This document shows positions 20,995-30,902 of a DNA stretch of 64,000 bases, in pieces (the stretch's first letter is position 1; the number at the start of each line of letters is the position of its first letter). Position numbers and translations under genes: made by a program. A model generated the notes under the pieces. It had not been told where the DNA came from. It did not search any database and worked only from the letters and a program-made list of their open reading frames with translations. The stretch lies in NCBI GenBank assembly GCA_043826435.1, contig JBDRQF010000053.1:38049-102048 (forward strand), in the 5' to 3' direction. Source of the DNA: Elusimicrobiota bacterium (GTDB lineage Bacteria; Elusimicrobiota; Endomicrobiia; CG1-02-37-114; JAHJSO01).

Positions 20995-23068
20995 AGATGC
21001 GTTCAAGCAGATAAACCGTCCTCTCAATTCCGAATTCCGGCAAGCCGTCCGCCATCTTATTGATTTTCCTTTTTGCATTTTCGCCGAGTATTTTTGCCAG
21101 GTGGGGTTTTTCAATCAGCGTTATCACCGCCGAGGCGATTCCATCCGCGTCTGCAGGGGGGACAAGCAGCCCGGTTTTGCCGTCCTGAACAATGTCGGGG
21201 ATGCCCTGCACCCTGGTGGCGACGACCGGTTTTGAGAATGTCTGTGCAAACAACAGCGTTTTCCCCATACCCTCGTTCTTAGAGGGCTGGATGTATATGT
21301 CCATAACCGCAAGAAAAGGGAATACGTCGTCCTGCATCCCGGTAAGTATAAAGTCGTTTTCCATATCCTGCCTTTTAATCCTGCCCTCCAGGGCAGCCCT
21401 TTCCTCCCCGTCGCCGACAATCAGAAAAACAACCTTTTGCCGGTTAACCTGCATCTTTTCCTTTATTATTTTTGCCGCTTTAACGAAGTATTTAACTCCT
21501 TTTACGGGAGCCAGCCGGGCGATTGTCCCTATGACAACTGCCCCTTCGGGAATTTTTAGTTTAGCCCGTAGCCCGCCCGCATCGTCCCGGTATGCTTTTA
21601 TTTTTGATTCATCGGGATAGAGAATCCCGGCGGGTATTATTTCCCACTGCCCTGCCTTGCCGACGCCGAAGCCGGTTGACTCGTTTTTTTCCCCGTCCGT
21701 AAGGGCTATAAGACGGTGCGTGAGCCGGGCGGTTAACCGTTCAATAAGAGTAAAAAATGCCGTTTTCAGTCCGCCGAAATAACCGTAGAAAACATGACCG
21801 TGTGGAGAATGTATAACTTTCATATCGCGGCATCCATCTTCCGTTAGCCGTGCAAGATAACCCGCCCACCGGCCTAAAATCCCGGCTTTGGAAGAATGCG
21901 TGTGTACAATATCGGGTTTTTCCGCCCTGATAAGGGCAAGTATTTTCCAGAAGGCGGCAATGTCTTTCACCGGCGATATTTTCCGCACAAGTTCGTTTAT
22001 GCAGAATGTCTTTTCCGGCAGGTTGCCGTCGGGGGGCATGTCTCCGGAATACCCGTGGACGACGATCGTTTCAAATTTATCCCGGTTGATTCTTTCACAC
22101 ACGAGCAACAGGTTTTCGGAAGAGCCGCCCCTGTCAAGACGAGTTATAATCTGCATTATCCTTTTCTTTTTACCGGGTGGACGGGCGGATGGGGGACAAA
22201 CGGACGGTTTACGGGCGGACGCAATAAGCGAGGGCGCCAGGAGTATCCTGCCGTGCGTGAGGGAGCGGACAGTTTCAGCCGAGAAGTACATAAAGATTTT
22301 TGAAAGCGCCACAAACCATCTACCCAGGAACCTGCTTGTTTTATAGGGGTCACCAGACGTCGCGGGAGAGTTCAGGATTTTAATTTTTTCAAAGCGCACC
22401 AGCGTCAATAGTGTTTTCAGGGAGTTTGCGTCAAACCCGAAATTGTGAAGCACGGAAGGGTAAAGTCCGGCCTTTTCCAGTATGGGCGATAATTTTTCAA
22501 CGAATACATGAAAATTTACGTTATGGAAACGGATAAACAAAAAGCCGCCGGGTTTTAATAGACGGTAAATCTCCCTTAAATCAGCCGCGGGGTCCTGCAG
22601 GTATTCCAGCGCTCCCCACATTGCTACGCAATCATAATGGCCGGAAGGAAGGTTTAACTCACGCACAGGTTTGTCATGTACCCTGATGCCATACGTATTT
22701 TGCGCAAACTCAGTTGCCTTTTTTGATAATTCTATGCCCTCAACTTCTTTCCAGCCGGAGTCCTTCGCCATTTTCAGGAAATATCCATGGCCGCAGCCGA
22801 TATCCAGCAGATAGCCCTTCTCAGCGACATTCCGTTCTATAATCCCAAGCCCCCTGTTGAAAAGACGGGTTTTTGAACCAAGCCACACGTCCTCTTTGTC
22901 TTCCTGCGACGGTAACTCGGCGAAATACTCCGCTATTTGATTCGCCGGAGGGAGGATGCTTTTGAACGTCAGCCCGCAGTTCTTGCAACGGAGATATTCG
23001 CGGCCCGGCGTTTTAAGTGCAACCGTAATTTTTTCCAAACCGCAGACGTTACACTTGCTTAATTTCAT
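20981..23068 (-). CDS. Zn-ribbon methyltransferase fused to GT4 glycosyltransferase
   Basis: CNVC..CKNC and LLDIGCGHG; then IITRLDRGGS, HTHSSKAG, PSKNEGMG. Confidence 0.85.
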   Translation of the reverse strand: MKLSKCNVCGLEKITVALKTPGREYLRCKNCGLTFKSILPPANQIAEYFAELPSQEDKEDVWLGSKTRLFNRGLGIIERNVAEKGYLLDIGCGHGYFLKMAKDSGWKEVEGIELSKKATEFAQNTYGIRVHDKPVRELNLPSGHYDCVAMWGALEYLQDPAADLREIYRLLKPGGFLFIRFHNVNFHVFVEKLSPILEKAGLYPSVLHNFGFDANSLKTLLTLVRFEKIKILNSPATSGDPYKTSRFLGRWFVALSKIFMYFSAETVRSLTHGRILLAPSLIASARKPSVCPPSARPPGKKKRIMQIITRLDRGGSSENLLLVCERINRDKFETIVVHGYSGDMPPDGNLPEKTFCINELVRKISPVKDIAAFWKILALIRAEKPDIVHTHSSKAGILGRWAGYLARLTEDGCRDMKVIHSPHGHVFYGYFGGLKTAFFTLIERLTARLTHRLIALTDGEKNESTGFGVGKAGQWEIIPAGILYPDESKIKAYRDDAGGLRAKLKIPEGAVVIGTIARLAPVKGVKYFVKAAKIIKEKMQVNRQKVVFLIVGDGEERAALEGRIKRQDMENDFILTGMQDDVFPFLAVMDIYIQPSKNEGMGKTLLFAQTFSKPVVATRVQGIPDIVQDGKTGLLVPPADADGIASAVITLIEKPHLAKILGENAKRKINKMADGLPEFGIERTVYLLERIYENI

Positions 23069-24257
23069 ATAAGATGTTTTCAACCCCGTCCGTAAATTTT
23101 TCCCAGGAATATCTTTGTTCAACGAATCCCCTGCACGTCTGTCTGATAATTTCAGGGTCTGAATTTTTGTTCCTGTTGATAAAGTCCCTTATGCCGGTAT
23201 ATATGTGATGATTTTCAGTCCCGTTAAAAATAAGGCGTTTATCAAGCGGGGCAAGGACTTCGGGTATTGCCCCGACGGGCGTCCCCATCACGGGTGTTCC
23301 GCATGCAAGCGACTCAAGTATGACGAGCCCGAAGCCCTCCAGGGATTTCGTGGGCAGGACAAACAGGTCGGCCGCGCGATAGTATGCCGGAAGTTTTTCC
23401 TGCGGGATAAACCCCGTAAAACGAACGGACTTTTCAATTTTTAAATCACCCGCCATTTTTTTCAGTTTTGTTTCAAGGTCTCCCCGGCCGCCTATGACGA
23501 GAAAAATGATATCCGGAAACTCCGAATAAAGTTTTTGCATTGCCAGGAGAAGGTTTTCAAGCCCCATCCTTGATTTAAGGTTCCGGACGGTCAGGAGCAG
23601 AAATTTATCCTGTGGCAAATTGAGCCCCTTCCTTATTTCCATTTTTTCGTTTTGCGAATGAGGCGGGTTGAATTTTTTCAGGTCTATGCCGCCCGGGATT
23701 AAACGCACCTTGCTGTCAGGCGGGCAGTACAACTCCTTTAGTTTTGATTTGATGTAATCGCTCAAAACGACTACGGCATCGGCAGTTGAAACTGCAATTT
23801 TCTCCATCAACCGGCGCAATAGGACGCCTGCGGCATGCGTGATAAATGGCGTTCTTTTGCCGGAACATTTTAACAGGTACTCTTCAGGCCAGGGTGAATA
23901 GAAAAAATGTACGTGCGGTATTTTTTTACGGAACAACCATGGCATTAACCCTGATGCTGAGAACGGCTGGTGCGTAAGGAGGACATCAACCGGTTTTTCT
24001 TTATTTATCTGCCTGAAATACAGGGAGGATGAAAAAATGTTCCTGCCGAATCTCCACACAGGGATCCCGTCAATTTCTTCTTTCCTCTTTAACCCTTTTG
24101 CACCGCAGGTCAGGACGTTTATTGTGTGTCCTCTTTTTGCAAGTCGTTTGGCAGTTTCCCACATAGCGGTTGCAGCCCCGCCTTCACCGTCGGCAGGGAC
24201 GGCATCCGAAGTTATCAGGATATTAAACCTTCCGGCTGGTTTTTGTTTTTCGTTCAT
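23049..24257 (-). CDS. GT4 glycosyltransferase
   Basis: LEGFGLVILESLACGTPV. Confidence 0.9.
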   Translation of the reverse strand: MNEKQKPAGRFNILITSDAVPADGEGGAATAMWETAKRLAKRGHTINVLTCGAKGLKRKEEIDGIPVWRFGRNIFSSSLYFRQINKEKPVDVLLTHQPFSASGLMPWLFRKKIPHVHFFYSPWPEEYLLKCSGKRTPFITHAAGVLLRRLMEKIAVSTADAVVVLSDYIKSKLKELYCPPDSKVRLIPGGIDLKKFNPPHSQNEKMEIRKGLNLPQDKFLLLTVRNLKSRMGLENLLLAMQKLYSEFPDIIFLVIGGRGDLETKLKKMAGDLKIEKSVRFTGFIPQEKLPAYYRAADLFVLPTKSLEGFGLVILESLACGTPVMGTPVGAIPEVLAPLDKRLIFNGTENHHIYTGIRDFINRNKNSDPEIIRQTCRGFVEQRYSWEKFTDGVENILYEIKQV

Positions 24258-25348
24258 TCCGATAGAACCCCGAGTATTTTCTGCGTCATCCTTTCAGGGG
24301 TGTATAGCCCTGCCCTTTCAATGCCTTTCCGACGCACTGTTTGCCTGAGCCCGTTATCCGCAAGGATTTGTTGTAGCCGGTCTCTTATGTCCTGTGTATT
24401 ATACGGGTCAAAATACATGCAGGCATCTCCTAATATCTCAGGCATTGAAGATGTGTTTGAACTTACAACAGGGCATCCGCATGCCATCGCTTCAAGCGGG
24501 GGCAGTCCGAACCCCTCGTAGAGCGAGGGGAAAACGAACAAATCTGCGGCTGAATAAAGAGATGGGACGTCCTCTTCCTGCACGTAACCCGGGAAGACAA
24601 TTTTGCCGGCACCTGCAACTGTCCCTGCTGTGGTTGTCCCGTTTCCCCCGGCAAGCACCAGTGAATATTCATCCTTGATGTTATCAGGCAGATGTTTGTA
24701 TGCATCTGCCAGCCGCGATAAATTTTTGTGCGGGGAAAAGTTTCCAAGGTAAAGTATAAATTTTCCCTGCAGTTTGTATTTTGACCTTATCTTTTCTATT
24801 TCATCCGGGCTCGCCGGTTTAATGTTTTTATTGACAGAAAGGTATGCGACCTCAATTTTTTCAGGCGACAGTTTGAGTTTTGAAATCAGATCCTTTTTGC
24901 TGTTTTCCGAACATGTCAGGACCTTTTTCGCTTTCTTTCCCGCGGTAGATATGAAATTTTTTAAATAAATGTTATAGAGATATTTCCCGCTGTAGGGTTG
25001 AGTAATTAAATAGGTTGTATCAAACATGGAGATTACTGCCGGAATTTTCAGGAATAATGGCATTTTATAGTATGGCGAGAAAAAGACATCACATCCGCTC
25101 CGGCTCATTGCATTCTTTAATTTTACTTGGTCCCACCAGAGCGTACATTTTTCCGGTATTATTATTTTTTTGAATGATTTGTTGTTCAAAAAATTATATT
25201 CAAAACAAGTATGGTTGTTGCCGAAAAGGACAAAGGTATTACCGCTGCCCGAAGGGGAAAGAGAAATCCCTGTAAGGAGATTAAACAGCATCCGGCCTAT
25301 GCCCGTCATGTTTCCCGTAAGTTCCCTTGCATCAATTCCTACGTTCAT
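24254..25348 (-). CDS. GT4 glycosyltransferase
   Basis: MNVGIDAREL...TGIGR start; PSLYEGFGLPPLEAMACG. Confidence 0.88.
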   Translation of the reverse strand: MNVGIDARELTGNMTGIGRMLFNLLTGISLSPSGSGNTFVLFGNNHTCFEYNFLNNKSFKKIIIPEKCTLWWDQVKLKNAMSRSGCDVFFSPYYKMPLFLKIPAVISMFDTTYLITQPYSGKYLYNIYLKNFISTAGKKAKKVLTCSENSKKDLISKLKLSPEKIEVAYLSVNKNIKPASPDEIEKIRSKYKLQGKFILYLGNFSPHKNLSRLADAYKHLPDNIKDEYSLVLAGGNGTTTAGTVAGAGKIVFPGYVQEEDVPSLYSAADLFVFPSLYEGFGLPPLEAMACGCPVVSSNTSSMPEILGDACMYFDPYNTQDIRDRLQQILADNGLRQTVRRKGIERAGLYTPERMTQKILGVLSE

Positions 25349-25355
25349 CGCTATC

Positions 25356-25384
25356 ATTATCTCAAAAAAAACGGGTTTTGTCAA
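25356..25384 (-). promoter_or_regulatory. sigma70 promoter TTGACA-17-GATAAT, ATG 7 nt downstream
   Basis: Read on the minus strand. Confidence 0.6.
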
Positions 25385-25416
25385 GGAATTTCCGGTGGCG
25401 ATGCGACAACAATCTA

Positions 25417-25445
25417 TTGACAAAAGGCAAAAATTGAAGTATAAT
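25417..25445 (+). promoter_or_regulatory. Consensus sigma70 promoter TTGACA-17-TATAAT for the pilin-like operon
   Basis: Perfect consensus and spacing. Confidence 0.8.
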
Positions 25446-25523
25446 ATTATCGGGAAACGCAGAGATTTTTGCCGGGTGTCGGGGAGACGCCGGGTTCCCC
25501 GTAGGGACGACTGAGGTGCAAGA

Positions 25524-26972
25524 ATGATTGCCAATATGAAACTTACCGGTAAAAGGCAGGCATTTAATAAAGGCCAGGCAATGGTCCTGGTGATAATAAT
25601 ACTGCTGTTTTTTCTGGTAATGGCGGAACTCATTGTGTTTCAATTGCGTAACGAGAGTATATGGACAGTCAAGGAAAAAAAGGAAGTCCTTGCGTTTAAT
25701 GTCACCGATTCAGGACAGGAACGCGCCTACTGGAAGATTACGGAGACGACGGACGGATGGGATAAACTTATTATTGATGCCGCATTCCCATCGGGTTTTG
25801 ACGGTAATACGGTTTACACGGTGGAGGGGAGGGGCAGGTACAAGATTCATCTTTCTACGGGTAAGTCGGGGGATGATGACATTGTTGTAGTCAGGACGGC
25901 CGGAGAGGACATAGACAGCAGGCAGGCCCGCGGCATAAAGGTTATATATAAACGCTCGGGACTACCCCAGTCGGCAATAAACGTAAGGGGAGGGCTGGGT
26001 GTAACCGGGAATGTGAGGATTCACTGGGGCTGTATCGTGAGTAAATCCGGGGATATAAACCTTACAGGTAACGCCAATAAGTGGTGGCCAAGGAAGTTTG
26101 CAGGGCTTGGGTATCTGGTTTCTCCGAGGGATGCAAGTGCAACAGACACCCCGCACATCGGCCCTGACAAACCCAGGAATGACAATCCGGATATTTTGTT
26201 GGAAGATGAATACAAGGAATGGTCTTCAAACGGTTACCGTGAAGCGGAGACGGTAGAGGTAGGCCTGTCAACATATGCTGCCAGAGCACAAACATACGGG
26301 CCACCACCAGGGATAACAACAAACGGGGCAGGTACCTGCACCGGAGCATATTTTGAGGGCTATACCACTGTCTCCTTTCCCAACAACTATCTTGACACCC
26401 GTTCTACTGCGTGTTATTACATTAAAGACGCAGATGTTAGTTTTCCCGCGAATGCATCCATTACGGCATTGGACAATGCTGCCGGAGCAGTTAGCGACAT
26501 TGTTTTCATTGTAGAAAATGGTGATTTAGACCTACCTCAAAACCCCCCGGCAGGTAGCCCCGGTAAAACCAATTATACTGTCCGGGTTCCAACAACCTGC
26601 TGGAAAGAATATCAAACAGAAGCATCGGGGTTGTCACCCTATGGCGGACTCGGTCGTGGAGATACCGCCGCTATAAACGAATATCCCGGTGACCAGGGAT
26701 ACAGGACGTCCGGCGGGACTTTTGACCTGAACAACGTTATATTCCACGGTTTGTTGTATGTTGGCGGTGACTTGGGGCAACAAGGGGGCGGCACCAAGAA
26801 TATGGTAGGCGTGGTAATTGTTAAGGGGGGGGTTAATGATAATGGAACAGCCGACTACTGGTATGACAGAACCGTGGATACCAAGGTTCTGTATTCCGGG
26901 AGTAAATTCAGCCGTTCATACTGGGCGGAGTTTGTTCCGGGGTCTTTCACTTCTCCTGATTGGGGCAAGTGA
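25524..26972 (+). CDS. PilX/GspK-like minor pilin
   Basis: NKG|QAMVLVIIILL class III-like signal without E5; AFNVTDSGQERA; beta-rich C-terminus. Confidence 0.7.
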   Translation: MIANMKLTGKRQAFNKGQAMVLVIIILLFFLVMAELIVFQLRNESIWTVKEKKEVLAFNVTDSGQERAYWKITETTDGWDKLIIDAAFPSGFDGNTVYTVEGRGRYKIHLSTGKSGDDDIVVVRTAGEDIDSRQARGIKVIYKRSGLPQSAINVRGGLGVTGNVRIHWGCIVSKSGDINLTGNANKWWPRKFAGLGYLVSPRDASATDTPHIGPDKPRNDNPDILLEDEYKEWSSNGYREAETVEVGLSTYAARAQTYGPPPGITTNGAGTCTGAYFEGYTTVSFPNNYLDTRSTACYYIKDADVSFPANASITALDNAAGAVSDIVFIVENGDLDLPQNPPAGSPGKTNYTVRVPTTCWKEYQTEASGLSPYGGLGRGDTAAINEYPGDQGYRTSGGTFDLNNVIFHGLLYVGGDLGQQGGGTKNMVGVVIVKGGVNDNGTADYWYDRTVDTKVLYSGSKFSRSYWAEFVPGSFTSPDWGK

Positions 26973-26983
26973 ATGACAGGGAT

Positions 26984-29647
26984 ATGAATAATAAAAGTTC
27001 GGATTATGGACTTTCCGGCTTGACGCTTGTGGAAGTGATGGTAGCCGTGTTTTTTATAGGCATACTTTTTGTGTCATTTGCCTCAATGACAGGACAATTT
27101 TCAAAAGGAGTGTTTCTGACGAAGTCCGGGACACTGGCGAACATTCTTGCGCAGGAGAAGATTGAAACGTTAAAAAATATTTCCTATTACCGTCTTATGG
27201 TGACAAAGGAAGAAGACCTGTATGCCCCGGGTCCCGGGTATGACCAGTCATACTACCCGCCTGAAACATTAATCGCAGGAGACATAAGGTTTGAACGCAG
27301 GGTTGTCGTTTACAGGATGGAAGAGGTTGACGGTAACTTAAAAATTGTCACTTCGCCTGATTCTTCACCGGACACGGATTTAAAGTTGGTCAAAGTAACC
27401 GCTCTATGGATGCAGGGGGCGGATGAAAAATCACTGGTAATTGAAAATTTAAGGGAAAACCCCAGCAGGGTGGCGCTGGATGCGAAAATCTGGGGTTATG
27501 TAACTTCAACTGGTACTATTTTTTGGGGCGGGACCATTTCCGGTTATAATGATTCAACCGACTCCCCGCCGGCAGACCGGGCGCGGCTGGGTTCTGCAAA
27601 GGTGTATGTTGTGGAAAACCCTGCTTATGAGACATATACTGAAACAGACGGCAGGTACGAACTTAAAATACCTACGGGCACATGGAAATTATATGTATCA
27701 AAATGGGGTTCATGGGATTATGAGACCCCGTCCATAACGGTGGCGAAAAGCCAGACAAAAAAGGCGAATGTCCAACTTCAGGAAAAACTCAAAGGCAAGG
27801 TCACGGGGTATGCAGTGTTTAGCGACAGAATATTAATAAGCCAGGTGGTCGCTTCAACAAGCGTTGCTGCGGGAGAATTCTCACAGGAGTATGTAGAGTT
27901 GTACAACCCTACGACATGGCAGTGGACGATTAACGACGCTAATTTTGACCTTAAGAGTCACACGAACCGACCGGGTGAGGCAGGGAAGGACTATATTACC
28001 GATGTACCTCTTACTTTTGTGAATACATCCATTTCTGCAAACGGCGGTTATTATCTTATTGCGAACACACCTACTGTAATAGTTGCCGGTATTTCAGTCC
28101 CGGCTGACGCATACTATGCGGGCGCTTATTATGGTGGTAATGTAATTAAATCAAACAGTCCAGGTGCTGTGGTTATTGCAAATGATTATGGCACTGCCAT
28201 AAGCAGCGTTGGCTGGTATGGGCAGCAATTAGGGACCACCGGCGCCCCTGACGTCGGTTGGTTTGAAATGTGGTATATATCTCTCTCAAGTGGCATAGCT
28301 GATGGCTATGGGCTTATAAGGGCAGCGTTCGGTTTAAATACATCCCCATATTTTATTGTTGTAAATGAAAGAGGTAATGCGTTTGATTTAAAGATGAACC
28401 GGTATGATTTTCCTATCTCGTGGAACCAGGCGGGATATAGTTTGGTAACATCAACCACAATTCCAAGAAACACCTCCACATCTATATCCCCGAGGGGGGG
28501 CGGTCCGGCGAGGGGGGGTATAATTACTGCTGATGACGGGCTGTCAACCGGACATACCATTGACCCCTGGGGGACATGGTGGTGGTGTGCATATTTTGAA
28601 ATGACAATGGCAACAGGGACATGGACTGTTATGATATCAACGGGACAGTTTTTTATGCAGGTTAGTTCTGTGAATGTTCGTGCAGGGCAGAACACAGGCA
28701 TACCGAACAATCAGACAGACCCCGCATGGTCGCCGTGGCCTGCGCAGACGACGCCCTGCGTCCGTTTGACGTCCCCGACTGTATGCGGATATGTAACCGG
28801 GACAATCGGCTTAAATATAAGCGGGATAAAGGTTGACGGCACTTCTTCCCTTTTCCCTGCATTTACCGATTATTCAGGCAGATACCGGCTGAATTTATCC
28901 ATTTCAGGGACTACATACATAGACGCAACAATCACCGTAAACCCCTATCCTGACAGCGGCCATAACCCGAATTACTCCACCGAAAGAGGGACTGCAACTG
29001 TTTACCTGGGGCAGATAACCACAAGAAATTTTAACCTCGCGCAGGCGGGAAAGATTACAGGGCTTGTGTCAACAAGTTCAATCAACCCGCATGGCAGTCC
29101 CCTGCCGAATATGGTGGTAAAGGCGACAAAAGGGACGCTGGTGAGAACGGAGGTAACTGGTTCAGACGGGATATTCTGGTTCTTAAATGTTGCAACGGGC
29201 ACATGGACAATCGGGCCGGTACTGGACTCAGGCGAGGGTTCAACCCCATCTTCTGTTGAAGAGACATTGACCATAGGGGATTCGGTTTCCGTAGGGACGT
29301 TTGTTGTTTCAGGCGCCATGGGGAAATTTTACGGAAACATCAGGGATTCAAGGGATAATGATTTAATAAAATCGGGTGTGTTGATAATCGCTACCACTTC
29401 AACCATAGACGCAGACAACCCGCCTGTAATTAACGATGCATTGCGCAACTCAGGCAGGGCATTATACTGCGGCGTGACCCACGGCGACGGCAGTTATGAA
29501 ATCCCCGTCCGGGCAGGCAGTTACAGGTTGTATCTCTGGTTTACCGAGGCGAGCAGGGTGGCGATAACGGTTCATAAAAAGACATATTCAGGCCCTTATG
29601 CCGTTTCTGCAGGAGGCAGTTATGAACTGGATATGGAAATACCATAA
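26984..29647 (+). CDS. Giant PilV-like prepilin with carboxypeptidase-regulatory-like repeats and a lamin-tail-like domain
   Basis: SG|LTLVEVMVA; LAQEKIE; T..DGRY repeats; ILISQV...EYVELYNPT. Start could lie slightly upstream. Confidence 0.75.
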   Translation: MNNKSSDYGLSGLTLVEVMVAVFFIGILFVSFASMTGQFSKGVFLTKSGTLANILAQEKIETLKNISYYRLMVTKEEDLYAPGPGYDQSYYPPETLIAGDIRFERRVVVYRMEEVDGNLKIVTSPDSSPDTDLKLVKVTALWMQGADEKSLVIENLRENPSRVALDAKIWGYVTSTGTIFWGGTISGYNDSTDSPPADRARLGSAKVYVVENPAYETYTETDGRYELKIPTGTWKLYVSKWGSWDYETPSITVAKSQTKKANVQLQEKLKGKVTGYAVFSDRILISQVVASTSVAAGEFSQEYVELYNPTTWQWTINDANFDLKSHTNRPGEAGKDYITDVPLTFVNTSISANGGYYLIANTPTVIVAGISVPADAYYAGAYYGGNVIKSNSPGAVVIANDYGTAISSVGWYGQQLGTTGAPDVGWFEMWYISLSSGIADGYGLIRAAFGLNTSPYFIVVNERGNAFDLKMNRYDFPISWNQAGYSLVTSTTIPRNTSTSISPRGGGPARGGIITADDGLSTGHTIDPWGTWWWCAYFEMTMATGTWTVMISTGQFFMQVSSVNVRAGQNTGIPNNQTDPAWSPWPAQTTPCVRLTSPTVCGYVTGTIGLNISGIKVDGTSSLFPAFTDYSGRYRLNLSISGTTYIDATITVNPYPDSGHNPNYSTERGTATVYLGQITTRNFNLAQAGKITGLVSTSSINPHGSPLPNMVVKATKGTLVRTEVTGSDGIFWFLNVATGTWTIGPVLDSGEGSTPSSVEETLTIGDSVSVGTFVVSGAMGKFYGNIRDSRDNDLIKSGVLIIATTSTIDADNPPVINDALRNSGRALYCGVTHGDGSYEIPVRAGSYRLYLWFTEASRVAITVHKKTYSGPYAVSAGGSYELDMEIP

Positions 29648-29680
29648 TTGTGACGGGCAGCAGAAGGGGGTTGAATAAAC

Positions 29681-30199
29681 ATGCCTTTGCGAAAAAACTC
29701 CGGTTTAACCCTTACGGAACTCGTGATGGCGGTTGCAATATTTAGTTTGATTATACTGGGCGTCCAGACGTTCTTTTCCCAGGGCATAACCCAGATACGG
29801 CTGATTATTGCAAAGATAGACATCCAGAGGGAAGCCCGTGCCAATCTAAGTTTAATGAACAAGGAGTTGAGGCAGGCGGTGGCGAGTTCAATAGTCATAT
29901 CAAGGGAAAATGCAAACCAGCCGCCTTATTCAAAAATAATGTTTGAGACGATAAAAGGCACGACGGTATATTATTACCAGGAAGGGGTAAAATTATATCA
30001 GGACGTTTATACGGACAACTCCGCCATCAGGAGAAAGTTCCTGGCTGAAAACCTGAGGTTCGTCCATTTTGTGTTCCCGAAGTCGGACGATGATTCAATA
30101 CTGCAGGTTTCGGCATGTTTTGAAAAGATACCGTATCCGTACGTTACCGGTGTCCGGGCTCTCCAGGTTTCAATTGAAAAGGTCCGGATTATGAACTGA
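29681..30199 (+). CDS. PilW-like prepilin
   Basis: SG|LTLTELVMAVAIFS; KELRQA. Confidence 0.8.
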   Translation: MPLRKNSGLTLTELVMAVAIFSLIILGVQTFFSQGITQIRLIIAKIDIQREARANLSLMNKELRQAVASSIVISRENANQPPYSKIMFETIKGTTVYYYQEGVKLYQDVYTDNSAIRRKFLAENLRFVHFVFPKSDDDSILQVSACFEKIPYPYVTGVRALQVSIEKVRIMN

Positions 30200-30203
30200 A
30201 AAA

Positions 30204-30848
30204 ATGTCAGCGAAAAAAGGCGTTTTTATAACTTTTGAAGGGCCCGACGGTTCAGGTAAGACGACCCAGTCGGGACTCCTTGTCCAACATTTGCGTCGGC
30301 GGGGGTACGATGTTTTTCACACGAGGGAACCCGGCGGGACGTCGCTTGCCGAATTTTTAAGAGGGGTTTTATTGAGGCCCGATGCGAATATATCGCCCGT
30401 TACGGAACTTCTGCTATATTCCGCTGCGCGCGCCCAGCACACCGTTGAACTTATAAAGCCGGCGTTGTCTTCCGGGAAGGTAGTTGTGTGCGAAAGATAT
30501 ACGGACGCCACTGTCGCCTACCAGGGTTATGGCAGGGGGCTGGACCTGAAGTTAATTGCAACGTTAAACGGGATCGCCACGGGCGGACTTAAGCCCGACC
30601 TTACCATCATACTTGACATCCCCGTCCGCAACGGGCTGAAGCGGGTTGCAAGAGGCAGGGCCACGGACCGGCTTGAAAATGAAAAGTTGTCGTTCCACGA
30701 GAAGGTCAGGAAGGGCTATATGACCATATCAAAAAAAGACGGTAAAAGGGTAAAGATTGTCCTGTCAAAAGGGAGCATCTTAAAAATACAGGACAGGATA
30801 AAATGGTATGTTGAAAGTATGTTAAAAAGGGCGCAATATTCAATATAA
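30204..30848 (+). CDS. tmk: Thymidylate kinase
   Basis: FITFEGPDGSGKTTQ; TREPGG; AYQGYGRG. Confidence 0.95.
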   Translation: MSAKKGVFITFEGPDGSGKTTQSGLLVQHLRRRGYDVFHTREPGGTSLAEFLRGVLLRPDANISPVTELLLYSAARAQHTVELIKPALSSGKVVVCERYTDATVAYQGYGRGLDLKLIATLNGIATGGLKPDLTIILDIPVRNGLKRVARGRATDRLENEKLSFHEKVRKGYMTISKKDGKRVKIVLSKGSILKIQDRIKWYVESMLKRAQYSI

Positions 30849-30851
30849 TAA

Positions 30852-30899
30852 TGTCATTGCGACCACGAGCCCCGCAGGGGCGTGGTGGGTGGCAATCTC
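30852..30899. repeat. Palindromic repeat cluster 2 (variant unit)
   Basis: tgtcattgcga...ggcaatctc between tmk and holB. Confidence 0.75.
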
Positions 30900-30902
30900 A
30901 TA

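Noticed and set aside
25423..25515. Possible c-di-GMP-I riboswitch (AAAGGCAAA...ACGCAGAG) before the pilin genes
   Set aside because: The GGCAAA part lies inside the promoter spacer and would not be transcribed; no GNRA-capped P2 or proper GACGCAAAG is present.
25349..25633. N-terminal extension of the GT4 ORF in the track
   Set aside because: It overlaps two promoters and the opposite-strand pilin; the family-like start is at 25348.
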